This document shows positions 28,723 to 38,712 of a DNA stretch of 61,369 nt, in pieces. The notes beneath the pieces were generated by a model that worked only from the letters and a program-made list of their open reading frames with translations, was not told the origin of the DNA and searched no databases. The DNA lies in IMG/VR virus record IMGVR_UViG_3300045912_000939, positions 1 to 61,369 of that record. One strand, given 5' to 3'. Position 1 is the stretch's first letter. Each line of letters starts with the position of its first letter. The position numbers were made by a program, and so were the translations under genes. Source of the stretch: a virus (taxonomy: Duplodnaviria > Caudoviricetes).

Positions 28723-28745
28723 AGCATGAGCCTATGTTGGGGTCA
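28723..28745 (-). promoter_or_regulatory. Late-promoter motif
   Basis: TGACCC-N11-CATGCT-N6-ATG. Confidence 0.8.
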
Positions 28746-28753
28746 GTTTTTAT

Positions 28754-29082
28754 CTACAGAAGACGTGCTGCGAACTCATGGGGCAACTTGTTGTTCTTTC
28801 GATGATTGCAGGATGCACATGCCACCACTATGTTTTTGGGCAAATTAGTGCCACCCCGGCTTAGTGGAATGAGGTGGTCGGCGTGGTATCGGCTGCGCTC
28901 TCCCGGCAATTCTCGGTAACACCAGTGGCACCTGTTCTTCTGAGCCACCCGCTGTCTTTCGACATCTTGTTCGGTGTAGACACCCTCTGCGCCAATCTTA
29001 CGAGCACGCCTATTTCTATCCATTTCGCGAACCTTGTCGCGGTTATTCCGTTTCCACCTTCGCTCGGCTGCTCGAGCTATAC
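28754..29082 (-). CDS. HNH endonuclease (N-terminus probably truncated)
   Basis: CHWC...HADHLIPLSRGGTN...CASCNHRK. Confidence 0.8.
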
Positions 29083-29152
29083 TGAGGTCGCTGTCGTCAC
29101 CGCGTTCGACGCGCCCGAGTCGGACGTGCGCCGTTACCGGAAGGGCACATGA
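29083..29152 (+). pseudogene. 3' remnant of BrnT-like toxin
   Basis: VAVVTAFDAPESDVRRYRKGT* directly before antitoxin. Confidence 0.45.
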
Positions 29153-29153
29153 C

Positions 29154-29363
29154 ATGGCCGATGCAACTAAAGCCAAGCGCAAGGTCATTACTCATCCCGA
29201 TCAGCTCCCCGACTTCTCCAAGCTGACCTGGGAGGAGGAAGACGAGTTTTGGCGCACCCACGATTTTGCCGAGGGCGTCTTTGAAGAAGGCCCTGAGGTC
29301 GATGCCGAACTGGATGGGCTCTTGGGCATCGACCGGTCGAAAGACGGAACAAGGACGAAGTAG
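29154..29363 (+). CDS. BrnA/CopG-type antitoxin-like protein
   Basis: LPDFSKLTWEEEDEFWRTHD motif. Confidence 0.7.
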   Translation: MADATKAKRKVITHPDQLPDFSKLTWEEEDEFWRTHDFAEGVFEEGPEVDAELDGLLGIDRSKDGTRTK

Positions 29364-29395
29364 CTCCGCCACGAGGCCGGAGCGATGAGGCAGCC

Positions 29396-29418
29396 TGACC
29401 CCCGCTAGGCTCGAGCCT
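29396..29418 (+). promoter_or_regulatory. Late-promoter motif
   Basis: TGACCC-N11-GAGCCT-N5-ATG. Confidence 0.8.
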
Positions 29419-29423
29419 GGGGC

Positions 29424-32400
29424 ATGCCCGACAATGATGTGCGCATCAATATCCGAAGCAGCTTTTCCAGCGAGGGTGCCGACGACGTCAAATCCGACGC
29501 GCGCGAGCTACGTGAAGAGTTCGAGCATCTGGCCGATTCCATCGGAGACGCGGACGCCATGTTGCGCGAGCGCTACGCCAGTGCCGTCGAAGACGCCGCG
29601 CGGCAAACGAGTCGTGCGGCCGAGGTCATGGCGCAAGTCGGTCCCTTTAGCGGCATACTCTTTGCGGATGTCGCACGGCAGGCCATACAGGCGGGCGACC
29701 TCGACGCCGCCATCTCGGCGATCATGCAGGGGTACAAGACCGACGAGCCGCGAGCCATCCTGCAGCGCCTACAACAAGAAGTGTTGGAGGCGCGTCGCGC
29801 TACGGCAGACGTCGACCCTAAGGCGCCGGAGCCCGAGCTTGGCGATCCTCGTTCGCCCCGCATCGCCGAGCAGCTGCGCCGCCGCGTCGAAGACGCCATT
29901 CCGACGGTCGAGGCCAATCTCGTGCTCGGCCGAGCAGGAGGGGCCGAACGCAGTCTCGGGCTGGCCGAGCAGTATCTCGAGCAGCTCAGGCAGCTCGAGG
30001 GCAACACCGCCGAGCTAAAAGCACTGGGTGGCATCCTCGGTAAGCATCGCGAGAGCTTGGAGGACCTGAAGACCAAGCAGCCTCTCCCGCTGCCCGATCC
30101 CGCACAACCGCCGAGCCCGGTGGACATGGAAGGCTTTGCCGACACGCTGGTCAAGATGATGCGAGACCGGGGTTTGGGTGGAGCGGGCTCGATAGGGGGG
30201 ATGGTCGGGCGGCTTGGGCGTTTCCTTGGCCCATGGGGGATGGCGCTGACCGGCGTGACGGTAGCTGCGGGAGCGGCACATTCACTACTCGGTCGCATAG
30301 CGAGCGGCGCGCGCGAGGCACGCGAAGAAGCGCTGGCATTCCACGAGCTTGCACGTGAGTTCGGTGCCGACGAGAGCATCTTGCAACACTTCCTCAATAT
30401 CGAAAACGCCACCGGCTTCAACGTCTTCCGTACCAGTCCCGAGCTGCAGGCGCTGCGTTACACGACGACGGAAGCGGGACGCTTCGCTGCGCAGTACGGC
30501 GTCATGGCGCCCAACGTCGGAGCGGCCTTCTACCGCCCCACCCGACGAGAGGTCGATGCGTTGGCCCAAACGCTGCTCGAGCCGGGTGGAGATATCGAGG
30601 AGGCACGGCGCCTTGCCGAAGCGCAGTTGCGCAACAATCCGCCCGAAAGCGGCTCTGGCCGCTACGCCAGTCCTTACGCCCGCGAGTACGGGCTGTACCT
30701 CGATACCGTTGCCGGTTTGGGCCTCGCTCGAGCCACCGGCATCGACGAGTCGCAGATTGCCGCGCTCATGCGCAACGCGGCTCTAGTCGGCACGTTCGAG
30801 CCCGGCTTTGCCGAGCAGTTGGCCAGGGTGCTCTTTCAGGCCGTCCGGGACGGGACGGCCGAAGGCGTCAGCGCAAGCGAAACGCTCGTTTCCATGAAGT
30901 CGTACTTCGAGCGGCTGGCAGCAAGCGGCATCCGCGGTGATATCGAGGGCAGCGCGACCATTGCAATGTTGCAGCAAGTGCTGAACGAGTCGGCCAACCG
31001 AACCCTGCGGGGCGAAAGCGGGGCCCGGGCCCTCACAGGCATGATCACCGGCATGACGGAACTGGGCGACCCAGGGCTCGAGCTCTTCATGCAACGCGCG
31101 TTTGCCGGCCTCACTGCGGAAGACGTGGGCCTGAGCGGCGAAGAGGCGGTATGGTTCGAGCAACTTAGCCCGGTCGTGCGCGGCCGCATTATCGCCGAGC
31201 GTGCCCAGGCGGGCAACTATCGAGCGCTGGAGGCGCTGGGCGCGCAGTACAGCGGCGCGTTTGGGGAAAACCAGAATCTACAGGTCGAGTTCGCCCAGCA
31301 GTATCTTGGCCTGTCTCGCACACAAGCGTTGAGCCTTCTAGCGGAGCACGGCGGCGACCTCTTTCGCGTCTTCACCTCGGGCGAGGATGTCTACCGGCAA
31401 TCGTTGCAGCGCTACGAGGCGGCGCAGATTAGCGATGAGGGGATCGGGGGCGAGGGGGCGCTCAGGCGCATGGCTATCGACGCGGAGCAGCGAGCGTTTA
31501 TCGATGCCGAACGGGAGCGCGTTGGGTCGTATGTCTTCGCGCTACAAAACTTCGATGTCGCGATTACCGAAACCACGCTAAGACTCAACGAGTTTTGGAG
31601 GAACCTCGCGGGAATTGTTGCCGGGTTGCGCCAAGATCCACTGTTGGGTCGTTACATCGGACTGGGGCTCGAGCAGCTTCACCAAGACGAGCTTCAGCGG
31701 GGTGTGTCGAGCGGCCTAATCGATCAGGGCGCGTACGACAACGCCTATCAGGCCTATCGCGATCTCGGCATGAGCCACGAAGAAGCTCGCTCCGTGGCGC
31801 TGCGGACCGTCAGGCAGTCGTCTCCTCGGGGTGGGCAGGAGCCTGAACAGGAAAGGCCGGAGCTTCAGCTTGAGCTCGGCCGACTCAACAGAAGAGAGCC
31901 CCTGACGCGAGAAGAGCTTGTATTAGAGATGTACGAGGCGGCCGTGCGGTTGCGCGAGGCGGGTTACCCGATCAACCCCGCGGTTTTGACGGCACAGGTC
32001 GTTTTAGAAAGTGGCTATTTAGACTCGGAGCTGGCATGGCGCTACAACAACCCGGCTGGCGCCAAAGCTGGACGCGGCTGGACGGGTGAGACGGTCAACC
32101 TTGAGACTACCGAAAACACACCGACTGGCGAGGAGTACCGCGTGCGCGCGGACTTTCGGGTTTATGGCAGTTTCGAGGAAGCGCTGCTTGATTATGAGCG
32201 AGTCATGCAACTGCCGTGGTATGCGGAATCGGTAGCCAATCCCGATGATATCGAGCGCTACATCCAGGGACTCATGCCCATTTACGACGCTGCGGGGCGC
32301 CAAATTAAGCCTGGTTACGCAACCGACGTCAATTACGATAGAAAACTCGACAACATCATCCGCCGGCATGGACTCGACGAGCGGGAGCTCGAGCGTCTTC

Positions 32401-33017
32401 AGCGTGCACACGAACTTCCCGAACGGACGGCATCCGGCTACGAACCCCCAGCCTACACACCGCCCGAGTCCGCTTCCGAATCGGCCGGTGCCTGGATAGA
32501 GGTGGGCGGTAACCGCTTCTACCAATTCAGCGAGGCGGAACTAGACGAATTGATGCAGCGTTATCTCGCTCAGGGCATGGATGAAAGGCGTGCTCGCGAC
32601 ATGGCGACTCGCCTGTTGGAAACGCTTGGCCCGCAGGCGCTCGAAGGGTATCGGAGAGGCGGCTTTACCGGTTGGGGTGGGCGCGATGAGGTGGCTGGGC
32701 TGGTACATCGTGGCGAGTTCGTCGTCAATGCCGAATCGACCGAACGTTACCAAGGCTTGCTCGAGCGCCTCAACGCCGGCGACGACCATGGCGTGCTATT
32801 GAGCGCGCTACGTGATGCGCCAACTTCGCCCGAATCCTCGAGGGGCGGGGAATCCTCGATTCACGTCCACCTCACGCTCGGTGGGGAGGCTCGACTCGTA
32901 GGCGGCAACCTCGACGAGGCCGGGCGAGCGCTGGCGGATTACCTGACCCCGGCGCTCGAGCGGTGGGGGCGCGAACGCTTCAGCCCGTGGAACGCCGGTC
33001 ACCGTAGGGGCGAGTGA
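29424..33017 (+). CDS. Tape measure protein with GH73/FlgJ-type muramidase domain
   Basis: 1197 aa helical; AQVVLESG, NNPAGAKA, FRVYGS, GYATDVNY; GGFTG..AGLVHRGEFVV. Confidence 0.85.
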   Translation: MPDNDVRINIRSSFSSEGADDVKSDARELREEFEHLADSIGDADAMLRERYASAVEDAARQTSRAAEVMAQVGPFSGILFADVARQAIQAGDLDAAISAIMQGYKTDEPRAILQRLQQEVLEARRATADVDPKAPEPELGDPRSPRIAEQLRRRVEDAIPTVEANLVLGRAGGAERSLGLAEQYLEQLRQLEGNTAELKALGGILGKHRESLEDLKTKQPLPLPDPAQPPSPVDMEGFADTLVKMMRDRGLGGAGSIGGMVGRLGRFLGPWGMALTGVTVAAGAAHSLLGRIASGAREAREEALAFHELAREFGADESILQHFLNIENATGFNVFRTSPELQALRYTTTEAGRFAAQYGVMAPNVGAAFYRPTRREVDALAQTLLEPGGDIEEARRLAEAQLRNNPPESGSGRYASPYAREYGLYLDTVAGLGLARATGIDESQIAALMRNAALVGTFEPGFAEQLARVLFQAVRDGTAEGVSASETLVSMKSYFERLAASGIRGDIEGSATIAMLQQVLNESANRTLRGESGARALTGMITGMTELGDPGLELFMQRAFAGLTAEDVGLSGEEAVWFEQLSPVVRGRIIAERAQAGNYRALEALGAQYSGAFGENQNLQVEFAQQYLGLSRTQALSLLAEHGGDLFRVFTSGEDVYRQSLQRYEAAQISDEGIGGEGALRRMAIDAEQRAFIDAERERVGSYVFALQNFDVAITETTLRLNEFWRNLAGIVAGLRQDPLLGRYIGLGLEQLHQDELQRGVSSGLIDQGAYDNAYQAYRDLGMSHEEARSVALRTVRQSSPRGGQEPEQERPELQLELGRLNRREPLTREELVLEMYEAAVRLREAGYPINPAVLTAQVVLESGYLDSELAWRYNNPAGAKAGRGWTGETVNLETTENTPTGEEYRVRADFRVYGSFEEALLDYERVMQLPWYAESVANPDDIERYIQGLMPIYDAAGRQIKPGYATDVNYDRKLDNIIRRHGLDERELERLQRAHELPERTASGYEPPAYTPPESASESAGAWIEVGGNRFYQFSEAELDELMQRYLAQGMDERRARDMATRLLETLGPQALEGYRRGGFTGWGGRDEVAGLVHRGEFVVNAESTERYQGLLERLNAGDDHGVLLSALRDAPTSPESSRGGESSIHVHLTLGGEARLVGGNLDEAGRALADYLTPALERWGRERFSPWNAGHRRGE

Positions 33018-33484
33018 AGCGCAGTAAGCACGACGAAACAGGTGATCTGGGCCGTCTGCGGTCCTTCGAAGTAGAGGCGGTGGCTGGCGAACGGCTGAAC
33101 GAGCAGTAATCGCCGCCCCTCGCTTCCGCGCAGCAGCCACAGTTCGCCCGCCATCGACGACAGCCCTCTCAGCACGATGATGTCGCGTTCGCCCTCGAAG
33201 CGCGCTTCGGTGTATCCCTGATCTCGCAGTGCCTGGAGCGCGCTCAGTTGCCAATTCACGCCTTCCATGTCGAGCGGCGGGTGTTCCACGCAGACCGTTT
33301 CGGGCTGTATGCGATAGTACGGATCGGCGAACCCCACGCGGTACAGTTCGTTGACGATGGCAGCCTCGACCAGCCAAAGGCCCCCCTCGGAGAATTGCAC
33401 CCTCGTGCCCGAGGGATGATCCGGAATATCGATAGCTAGCGCTAGCGCGTATACGCTCCACACCAAGACAGCAACCCACTTCAT
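32999..33484 (-). CDS. Exported hypothetical protein (moron)
   Basis: Signal peptide MKWVAVLVWSVYALALA; TGnTATGCT promoter and AGGAG RBS. Confidence 0.65.
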   Translation of the reverse strand: MKWVAVLVWSVYALALAIDIPDHPSGTRVQFSEGGLWLVEAAIVNELYRVGFADPYYRIQPETVCVEHPPLDMEGVNWQLSALQALRDQGYTEARFEGERDIIVLRGLSSMAGELWLLRGSEGRRLLLVQPFASHRLYFEGPQTAQITCFVVLTALHSPLR

Positions 33485-33514
33485 GGCTTCTCCTGCGCTC
33501 AGCATACCAAGAAC

Positions 33515-33537
33515 TGACCCCCGATGGGATGGAAGGT
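33515..33537 (+). promoter_or_regulatory. Late-promoter motif
   Basis: TGACCC-N11-GAAGGT-N6-ATG. Confidence 0.75.
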
Positions 33538-33543
33538 TCAAGC

Positions 33544-35013
33544 ATGCGCGCCACCGAAAGCGATATCGCGGTCAAGCTGCATCTGCAGTCGGGACAGGTA
33601 CTCGACCTGAGCCACCTGGTGGTCGAGTACGCGGACCGCTCGAGCTTAAATGCCTTCCCCTCCTTTGGGCTGACCGTGCCAGCCGTTTACCCCGAGCCCG
33701 GCCCGTTTGAGGGGAAGCCCTTTGCTGAATTCGTGCGGCTCGGCGATATTCTCGAAGTCGGGCTGATCTCCACGGATGGTAGTCACGGCCCTTATGGGCT
33801 TGGCGGGTATCGGACCGCCATGGTCGGCATGGTGCAGCAGCTGAGCCTGAGACAGGCGCTGTCCGGCGACGATCTCATCAACGTCTGCGTCATCGGCGGC
33901 TCGAGCCTCTCCGGCGTGATGCTCAACGAGTCCGTAAGCTACTTTTTGGCGTACGGCGCGGCGCACGGCGTCTTCCGGGCGCGAGGATTGGTGCCGCTTG
34001 AAGACCTCAACAACGTGCGTCTGGACGCGGCGCTCTTGGCCTTTACCCGTGGTGTGGCCTACAGCATGCTGCGCATCGAACGCCCTCAAGGGAAGCTCGA
34101 GGATCTTCTGGGTGCAGCGTTCAAAACGCTTGACGGCGAAGGCGTCTTCGATACCGCCTGGGGACGGTACGAAGGCTCGTTCTGGGGGTTTTTGCAGAGC
34201 TACGCCGACCAACCACTGCACGAGGTGTATGCCACGCATTGGCCTCTGGCGCGAGTTCGCGAGTTTGCTGGGTTCACCCACCTGCCAAGAGTCTCCTGGG
34301 GGGAAGACCGCGTGGTGCCGGTGCTCGTCATTCGCCCTGCCCCATTCCCGTACTCCGAGGATGGCGGCCCCGCGAGGCTCGACGACTGGCGGGCGTTGCC
34401 CGTGCACGACCTTACAGCCGCGGACTGGGAGGGCTCGGAAGAGCGCTCCACGGAGCTGAGCGCGAGCGAGGTCGCCAATTTCTTCTATGTCTACCCCCGC
34501 ACGTTTAACTTCGACGAGGTGTTTAATCTCACGTACGCGCCGGTAATCATTAATGACGACTCGTGGAAGCGGCACGGCTATCGGCCGCTCAGCTTCGCCT
34601 CGTGGCTGTGGGGAAGAGGCGCCGCCAAGGAGGGCGCCGAGAACTATTTCCAGCGCCTTAACTGGCGCCTGGCCTCGCAGCACAATCGAAGAGACGAGTT
34701 TTTCGGCGGTCAACTAACCATGCGGCTGGCCCCCCATATTCGCGTAGGCGAGCGGATCAAGCTGCGGCACCGTGTCGGCGACGACACCACGGTCGCCTTG
34801 GCGTACGTTTCAGGCGTCTCCCACCGCTTTTCCGTCCGCGGCCCGAGATTGACCACGCTGAGCATCGAGCGCGGGCTTGCCGAGCGCTTTTACGAGGATG
34901 GCGCGTGGTTCGTGAAAGGGCTTATCCAGCACAACCCCATTCGAGACGAGGCGTTGCCGGTAGCCGTTGTGCGGCGCAACGACATACCGGGCGCACATCG
35001 CCTGGAGGAGTAA
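33544..35013 (+). CDS. Baseplate hub protein
   Basis: After TMP; GQLTMRLAPHIRVGERI, YVSGVSHRF..TTLSIERG. Confidence 0.75.
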   Translation: MRATESDIAVKLHLQSGQVLDLSHLVVEYADRSSLNAFPSFGLTVPAVYPEPGPFEGKPFAEFVRLGDILEVGLISTDGSHGPYGLGGYRTAMVGMVQQLSLRQALSGDDLINVCVIGGSSLSGVMLNESVSYFLAYGAAHGVFRARGLVPLEDLNNVRLDAALLAFTRGVAYSMLRIERPQGKLEDLLGAAFKTLDGEGVFDTAWGRYEGSFWGFLQSYADQPLHEVYATHWPLARVREFAGFTHLPRVSWGEDRVVPVLVIRPAPFPYSEDGGPARLDDWRALPVHDLTAADWEGSEERSTELSASEVANFFYVYPRTFNFDEVFNLTYAPVIINDDSWKRHGYRPLSFASWLWGRGAAKEGAENYFQRLNWRLASQHNRRDEFFGGQLTMRLAPHIRVGERIKLRHRVGDDTTVALAYVSGVSHRFSVRGPRLTTLSIERGLAERFYEDGAWFVKGLIQHNPIRDEALPVAVVRRNDIPGAHRLEE

Positions 35014-36164
35014 TGTTTACTGGCTTACATGAAGCACAGGTCGTGTCACCTCGAGTCGATGGCCGCCTCGAGGTGCTGCTCAACGACTACACATTAATGG
35101 GTGGCACGCTGACGGTAAGGGTGCTGCGCCCCTACGCGCACCCTAGCGCAGGCCATTATCAATTGCCTAGCGTCGGCATGTGGGGCTTGGTCGCGTTTAC
35201 CCGCAACGATGCCCGAAGCGGCGTCTGGCTCGGCAGCCTCGACGACGATCTGCGCAACCTCATCCCCGAGGAGCTGTGGGAAAGCGACCGCTACGCCGAA
35301 CTCAGCCACCACCCCTCCGACACCTACCTCATTCAGCACGGCGACGGCACCACCGAGAAGCTGTGGCCGGATGGCTCGCTCCTCAAACTCACCACCGGCA
35401 AGGACGGCAGCGTCTCCAACGAGACGAAGCGCAAGAGCAGGACGCCGCGCAAGATGCGCCGCAAGACCGGCCCCATGACGAGCGAGCGCCAGGCGTACGT
35501 ACCTCACAGCGAGCCGCCCGTCGACGTGGAGTTCGAGCATTCGAGCGGCGCAGTGGTGCGCATTACCGCCGACGGGTCGTTTCTGCTGCGCACGCCGCGG
35601 GGGCATCTCTGGCGGATGCACGACGCAACCGAGAAGGCGCGAGATCCTGAAAGCGGCGAGGCGACCGCCACGCCCGAGGAGGACGCCGGCCGGGTAGCCA
35701 GCCAGGTAGCGGTGGAGAGCGAAACAGGGCACCAGCTCATCTTCATGGATGACCCACAATCGGCGGCCAACGACCGCTATGTGAAGCTCGAAACTGCCGC
35801 CGGGCACGTGCTCGAGCTGCGCGACCTCGCCCCGGACGATCAGCACGTGAAGCTCGAGACGGCCGCGGGCGTCAAGGCGGAGCTGCGCGATACCCCCATC
35901 GTCAAGGCCACCATCGAAACGCCCGGCGGCCGCAGCTTCGTCATGGACGACGACGCGGCGCAGACCGTCGTCACCGATCCCACAGTGATCAATACCGTGT
36001 CGCCGGTGGCTAACGTCATGGCGGACGAAGTGAATCTCGCCGGTGGCGGACCTGGCGTAGCCCGCCTCGGCGACCAGGTCACCATCGTCATTCCCAGCGG
36101 CTCGAGCGCTGGAACCTACATCGGATACGTCACCAGCTCGAGCGACCGCACGTTTAGCGGGTGA
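35013..36164 (+). CDS. Baseplate spike (gpV/gp5-like)
   Basis: LPSVGMWGLVAF OB-fold, beta-repeats LETAAGH, VARLGDQV..GYVTSSS tip. Confidence 0.8.
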   Translation: MFTGLHEAQVVSPRVDGRLEVLLNDYTLMGGTLTVRVLRPYAHPSAGHYQLPSVGMWGLVAFTRNDARSGVWLGSLDDDLRNLIPEELWESDRYAELSHHPSDTYLIQHGDGTTEKLWPDGSLLKLTTGKDGSVSNETKRKSRTPRKMRRKTGPMTSERQAYVPHSEPPVDVEFEHSSGAVVRITADGSFLLRTPRGHLWRMHDATEKARDPESGEATATPEEDAGRVASQVAVESETGHQLIFMDDPQSAANDRYVKLETAAGHVLELRDLAPDDQHVKLETAAGVKAELRDTPIVKATIETPGGRSFVMDDDAAQTVVTDPTVINTVSPVANVMADEVNLAGGGPGVARLGDQVTIVIPSGSSAGTYIGYVTSSSDRTFSG

Positions 36165-36167
36165 GTC

Positions 36168-36605
36168 ATGGCCTGTCCCGAGTGCATGGAACCGATCGTG
36201 GCGAGCATGCCCCAAGCCGAGCGGGATGCGCTCGAGGCCAAGGCGAACGCGGCTATGGCGGCGCTGAATGACAAAGTGGCTGCCATCGACCAGGCGCTCG
36301 CTGGGCTCGAGCTGGCGCGAAGCACGCTCGTCGCCAAGCGGAACCTCGCTCAAACGCTCGTGGACGATGCGAATGGCCTTCTTGCCGATCCCTTTTTCGG
36401 CCATGGCAACTGCCCGCCTATCGACGCACTGGCTGACGCACTGGGCGACGTTCACCATGAGGCCAGCCAAGAGCTTACCCAGGCCCTGGGGAGCCTCGAC
36501 AAACTCGACGACGCCATTGCCGAGGCGACGGCGAAGAAGAATGCGCTCCTCGCGACGCATAGCCAGTTGGCGACGTTGTTGAGCTGCTTGCAAGGGGCGC
36601 CATGA
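36168..36605 (+). CDS. Coiled-coil hypothetical protein
   Basis: Ala/Leu heptads, CxxC N-terminus. Confidence 0.6.
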   Translation: MACPECMEPIVASMPQAERDALEAKANAAMAALNDKVAAIDQALAGLELARSTLVAKRNLAQTLVDDANGLLADPFFGHGNCPPIDALADALGDVHHEASQELTQALGSLDKLDDAIAEATAKKNALLATHSQLATLLSCLQGAP

Positions 36606-36765
36606 GCCCCAAACCTGAAGCAAGGGGCTTCAGGCTCCTGGCAGCCTGGCCGCTCCGTACCGGGCTGTCGGGAGTCCAGGCCCAACCCGGTAGATTCCTG
36701 TCATTCTAGCTCGAAGAGTAGCTCGAGCCGTACACATTGCCTTTGGCAGCTACGTGGTTGGCTTC

Positions 36766-37170
36766 TTACTGCTTGGGAAACAGTTCGTCCAGTCTCGTGC
36801 AGTCCTCGAAGTCGCGCCACACGCCGACAACCTTACCGATGACACGAGCCACCTGCTCGGGCAAGATCACCGCATCGTGGGCGCTGTCGCCCTGTAGGTT
36901 GCGAGCAACGTAATACCGACCGGTGCTCGTGTCTACAATCTCGCGCACGACGGCATAGCCGGTCTCCTTAAGCTCGAGCACGACCGCGTCGCCGGCTTGC
37001 CCTTGCTGCGAGCGATCCACGAATGTGTAGTCGCCTTCGCGTAAAGGTTGCGCTCCGCCGTCCATACCTTCGCCGAGCAACCTGACGAGGACGAGATCGC
37101 GATCCCGGACGATTCCTGCAGGGAGGGGAATCGCTACGCCTCTCTCGCTCCATCGCTGGGGCTTCTTCAT
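36766..37170 (-). CDS. Stand-alone S24/LexA C-terminal domain lacking catalytic Ser/Lys
   Basis: VRLLGEGM, LREGDYTFVD, AVVRE, VIGKVVGVWR; TATTCT-N6-ATG. Confidence 0.75.
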   Translation of the reverse strand: MKKPQRWSERGVAIPLPAGIVRDRDLVLVRLLGEGMDGGAQPLREGDYTFVDRSQQGQAGDAVVLELKETGYAVVREIVDTSTGRYYVARNLQGDSAHDAVILPEQVARVIGKVVGVWRDFEDCTRLDELFPKQ

Positions 37171-37232
37171 GGCCTTAGAATACCTAAAATAATAAGGCTT
37201 AGGAAGGGGCCTTGAGCGACAGTCGCGTTGCC

Positions 37233-37255
37233 TGACCCCAATCGTGCGTCACCTT
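37233..37255 (+). promoter_or_regulatory. Late-promoter motif
   Basis: TGACCC-N11-CACCTT-N6-ATG. Confidence 0.75.
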
Positions 37256-37261
37256 ACCCGC

Positions 37262-37855
37262 ATGGCCAAGGTGTATCTGCGCTTGCTCGAGCCCACCGGT
37301 GCGCTCGTCCCCTGTCCGGTGTCGTTCATCGGCTCGAGCGGCGTCTGGGCGTTCCCCCTCGGCCTGCAGTCTTATGGCGAGGAGCGGCTCGCGCGCGTGC
37401 AGGTGCTGCATATCCCCGACGGTGTGGCGGCCGACAGCCTGGGCATCTCGCCGCCGGTGTTTCAGCTCGAGGCGACCTTCGGCAGTAAGCCGAAAATGGT
37501 CCGCGGCCGCACCATGAGCGCGCAGGAGGTCACCAACGACCTGATCGCGTTCGTGCAGTTCTACTTCAGCGAGCGCCGCCAGCGCGTGCGCGAGCGTAAC
37601 GATCTGATCGAGATGGCGCTCGATGACTTCGTGCACGCCCGCCACTGGATCGTACAGCCCGATGGGGCGCCGAAGGTGCGGCACGCTGCGCGCGAGCCCG
37701 TGCGCACGTATTGGTCGATGACGCTGCAAGGTTTGCGGCGCTGGCAGTCGACCACCACCCCGCTCGATGCGCTGGCCAGCGCGCTCGTCCCCGGCACCAG
37801 CGCGCAGATCGGCAGAGAGTGGGACCGCTTCGACGCCTTCGCGGGTGAAACATGA
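37262..37855 (+). CDS. Probable tube-initiator/baseplate protein
   Basis: Leaderless late start; position in baseplate cluster. Confidence 0.55.
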   Translation: MAKVYLRLLEPTGALVPCPVSFIGSSGVWAFPLGLQSYGEERLARVQVLHIPDGVAADSLGISPPVFQLEATFGSKPKMVRGRTMSAQEVTNDLIAFVQFYFSERRQRVRERNDLIEMALDDFVHARHWIVQPDGAPKVRHAAREPVRTYWSMTLQGLRRWQSTTTPLDALASALVPGTSAQIGREWDRFDAFAGET

Positions 37856-38712
37856 CGCTGCCGGCGTTGCGCGCCCGCCTGGCCGCAGGCGAGGCGAGCG
37901 TCACCGATCTCCGGCGCGCGCTCGAAGCGGCGAACGCTCGCGATGGGCTCGAGCTCGTGACGCAAGGCGCCGCTTCGCTATCGCGCGTGCGCGAGCGGCT
38001 GGAGGCCTTCTTGGGCGAGTACGAGCTGGCGCTGTCCGCGTCGATTCGAGCGCAGTTGCAGGCGTTGCAGGTTCTCATGGGCGAGGTGGGCACGCGCCTG
38101 GCAGCGCTGCTCGAGCCGGACGGCAGTCTGCCACCATCCCTGAGCGCAGCGAATGGGACGGTCGACGTGATCGGCTTGCTCGACGAGGCGACGGCCTACA
38201 CCTTTACCGAGCTGGTGGACCCCGGCGATTTGGACGTGATTCGGCTCGACACCAAGCTCGAGCTGAACGTCGACGTCGATCACTTGCGTCAGCTGCTAAT
38301 TCGCGCGGGCACCGCGTCCTTTCGCGTGACGCTCGAGGCCGAGGGTACGGAGCCCGAAGAGCAAGAGGCCTTCGAGGCGTGGCTCGAGGAGGTGGACGGT
38401 AGCCTCACCATCACCGCTGCGCCGGCGAGCGGCGCCCCCATCGACCTGGAAGGATACGACGCCGTGGTCGCGCTGGCGGCGTCGCTGGCGGATTACGGCT
38501 TGCTGGTGGGCCCCATAAGGCGCACCGCCGTCCTCACGAATGCGCTCCTGGCCGAAACGGGCACGCTCGCGCAGTGGGGCACGCGCGTGGCGGCCCCGGT
38601 GGCGCTCTCGGTCGTTCAGGGCTACGCCCGCGCCGATGCGCCTCGCCATCATCGCAGTACCCAAGCGCGCCTGGCGCTCGGTTGGGCCGTGCAGGCGCTG
38701 CGGGAGGTGTAG
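37852..38712 (+). CDS. Hypothetical baseplate-region protein
   Basis: ATGA coupling. Confidence 0.6.
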   Translation: MTLPALRARLAAGEASVTDLRRALEAANARDGLELVTQGAASLSRVRERLEAFLGEYELALSASIRAQLQALQVLMGEVGTRLAALLEPDGSLPPSLSAANGTVDVIGLLDEATAYTFTELVDPGDLDVIRLDTKLELNVDVDHLRQLLIRAGTASFRVTLEAEGTEPEEQEAFEAWLEEVDGSLTITAAPASGAPIDLEGYDAVVALAASLADYGLLVGPIRRTAVLTNALLAETGTLAQWGTRVAAPVALSVVQGYARADAPRHHRSTQARLALGWAVQALREV

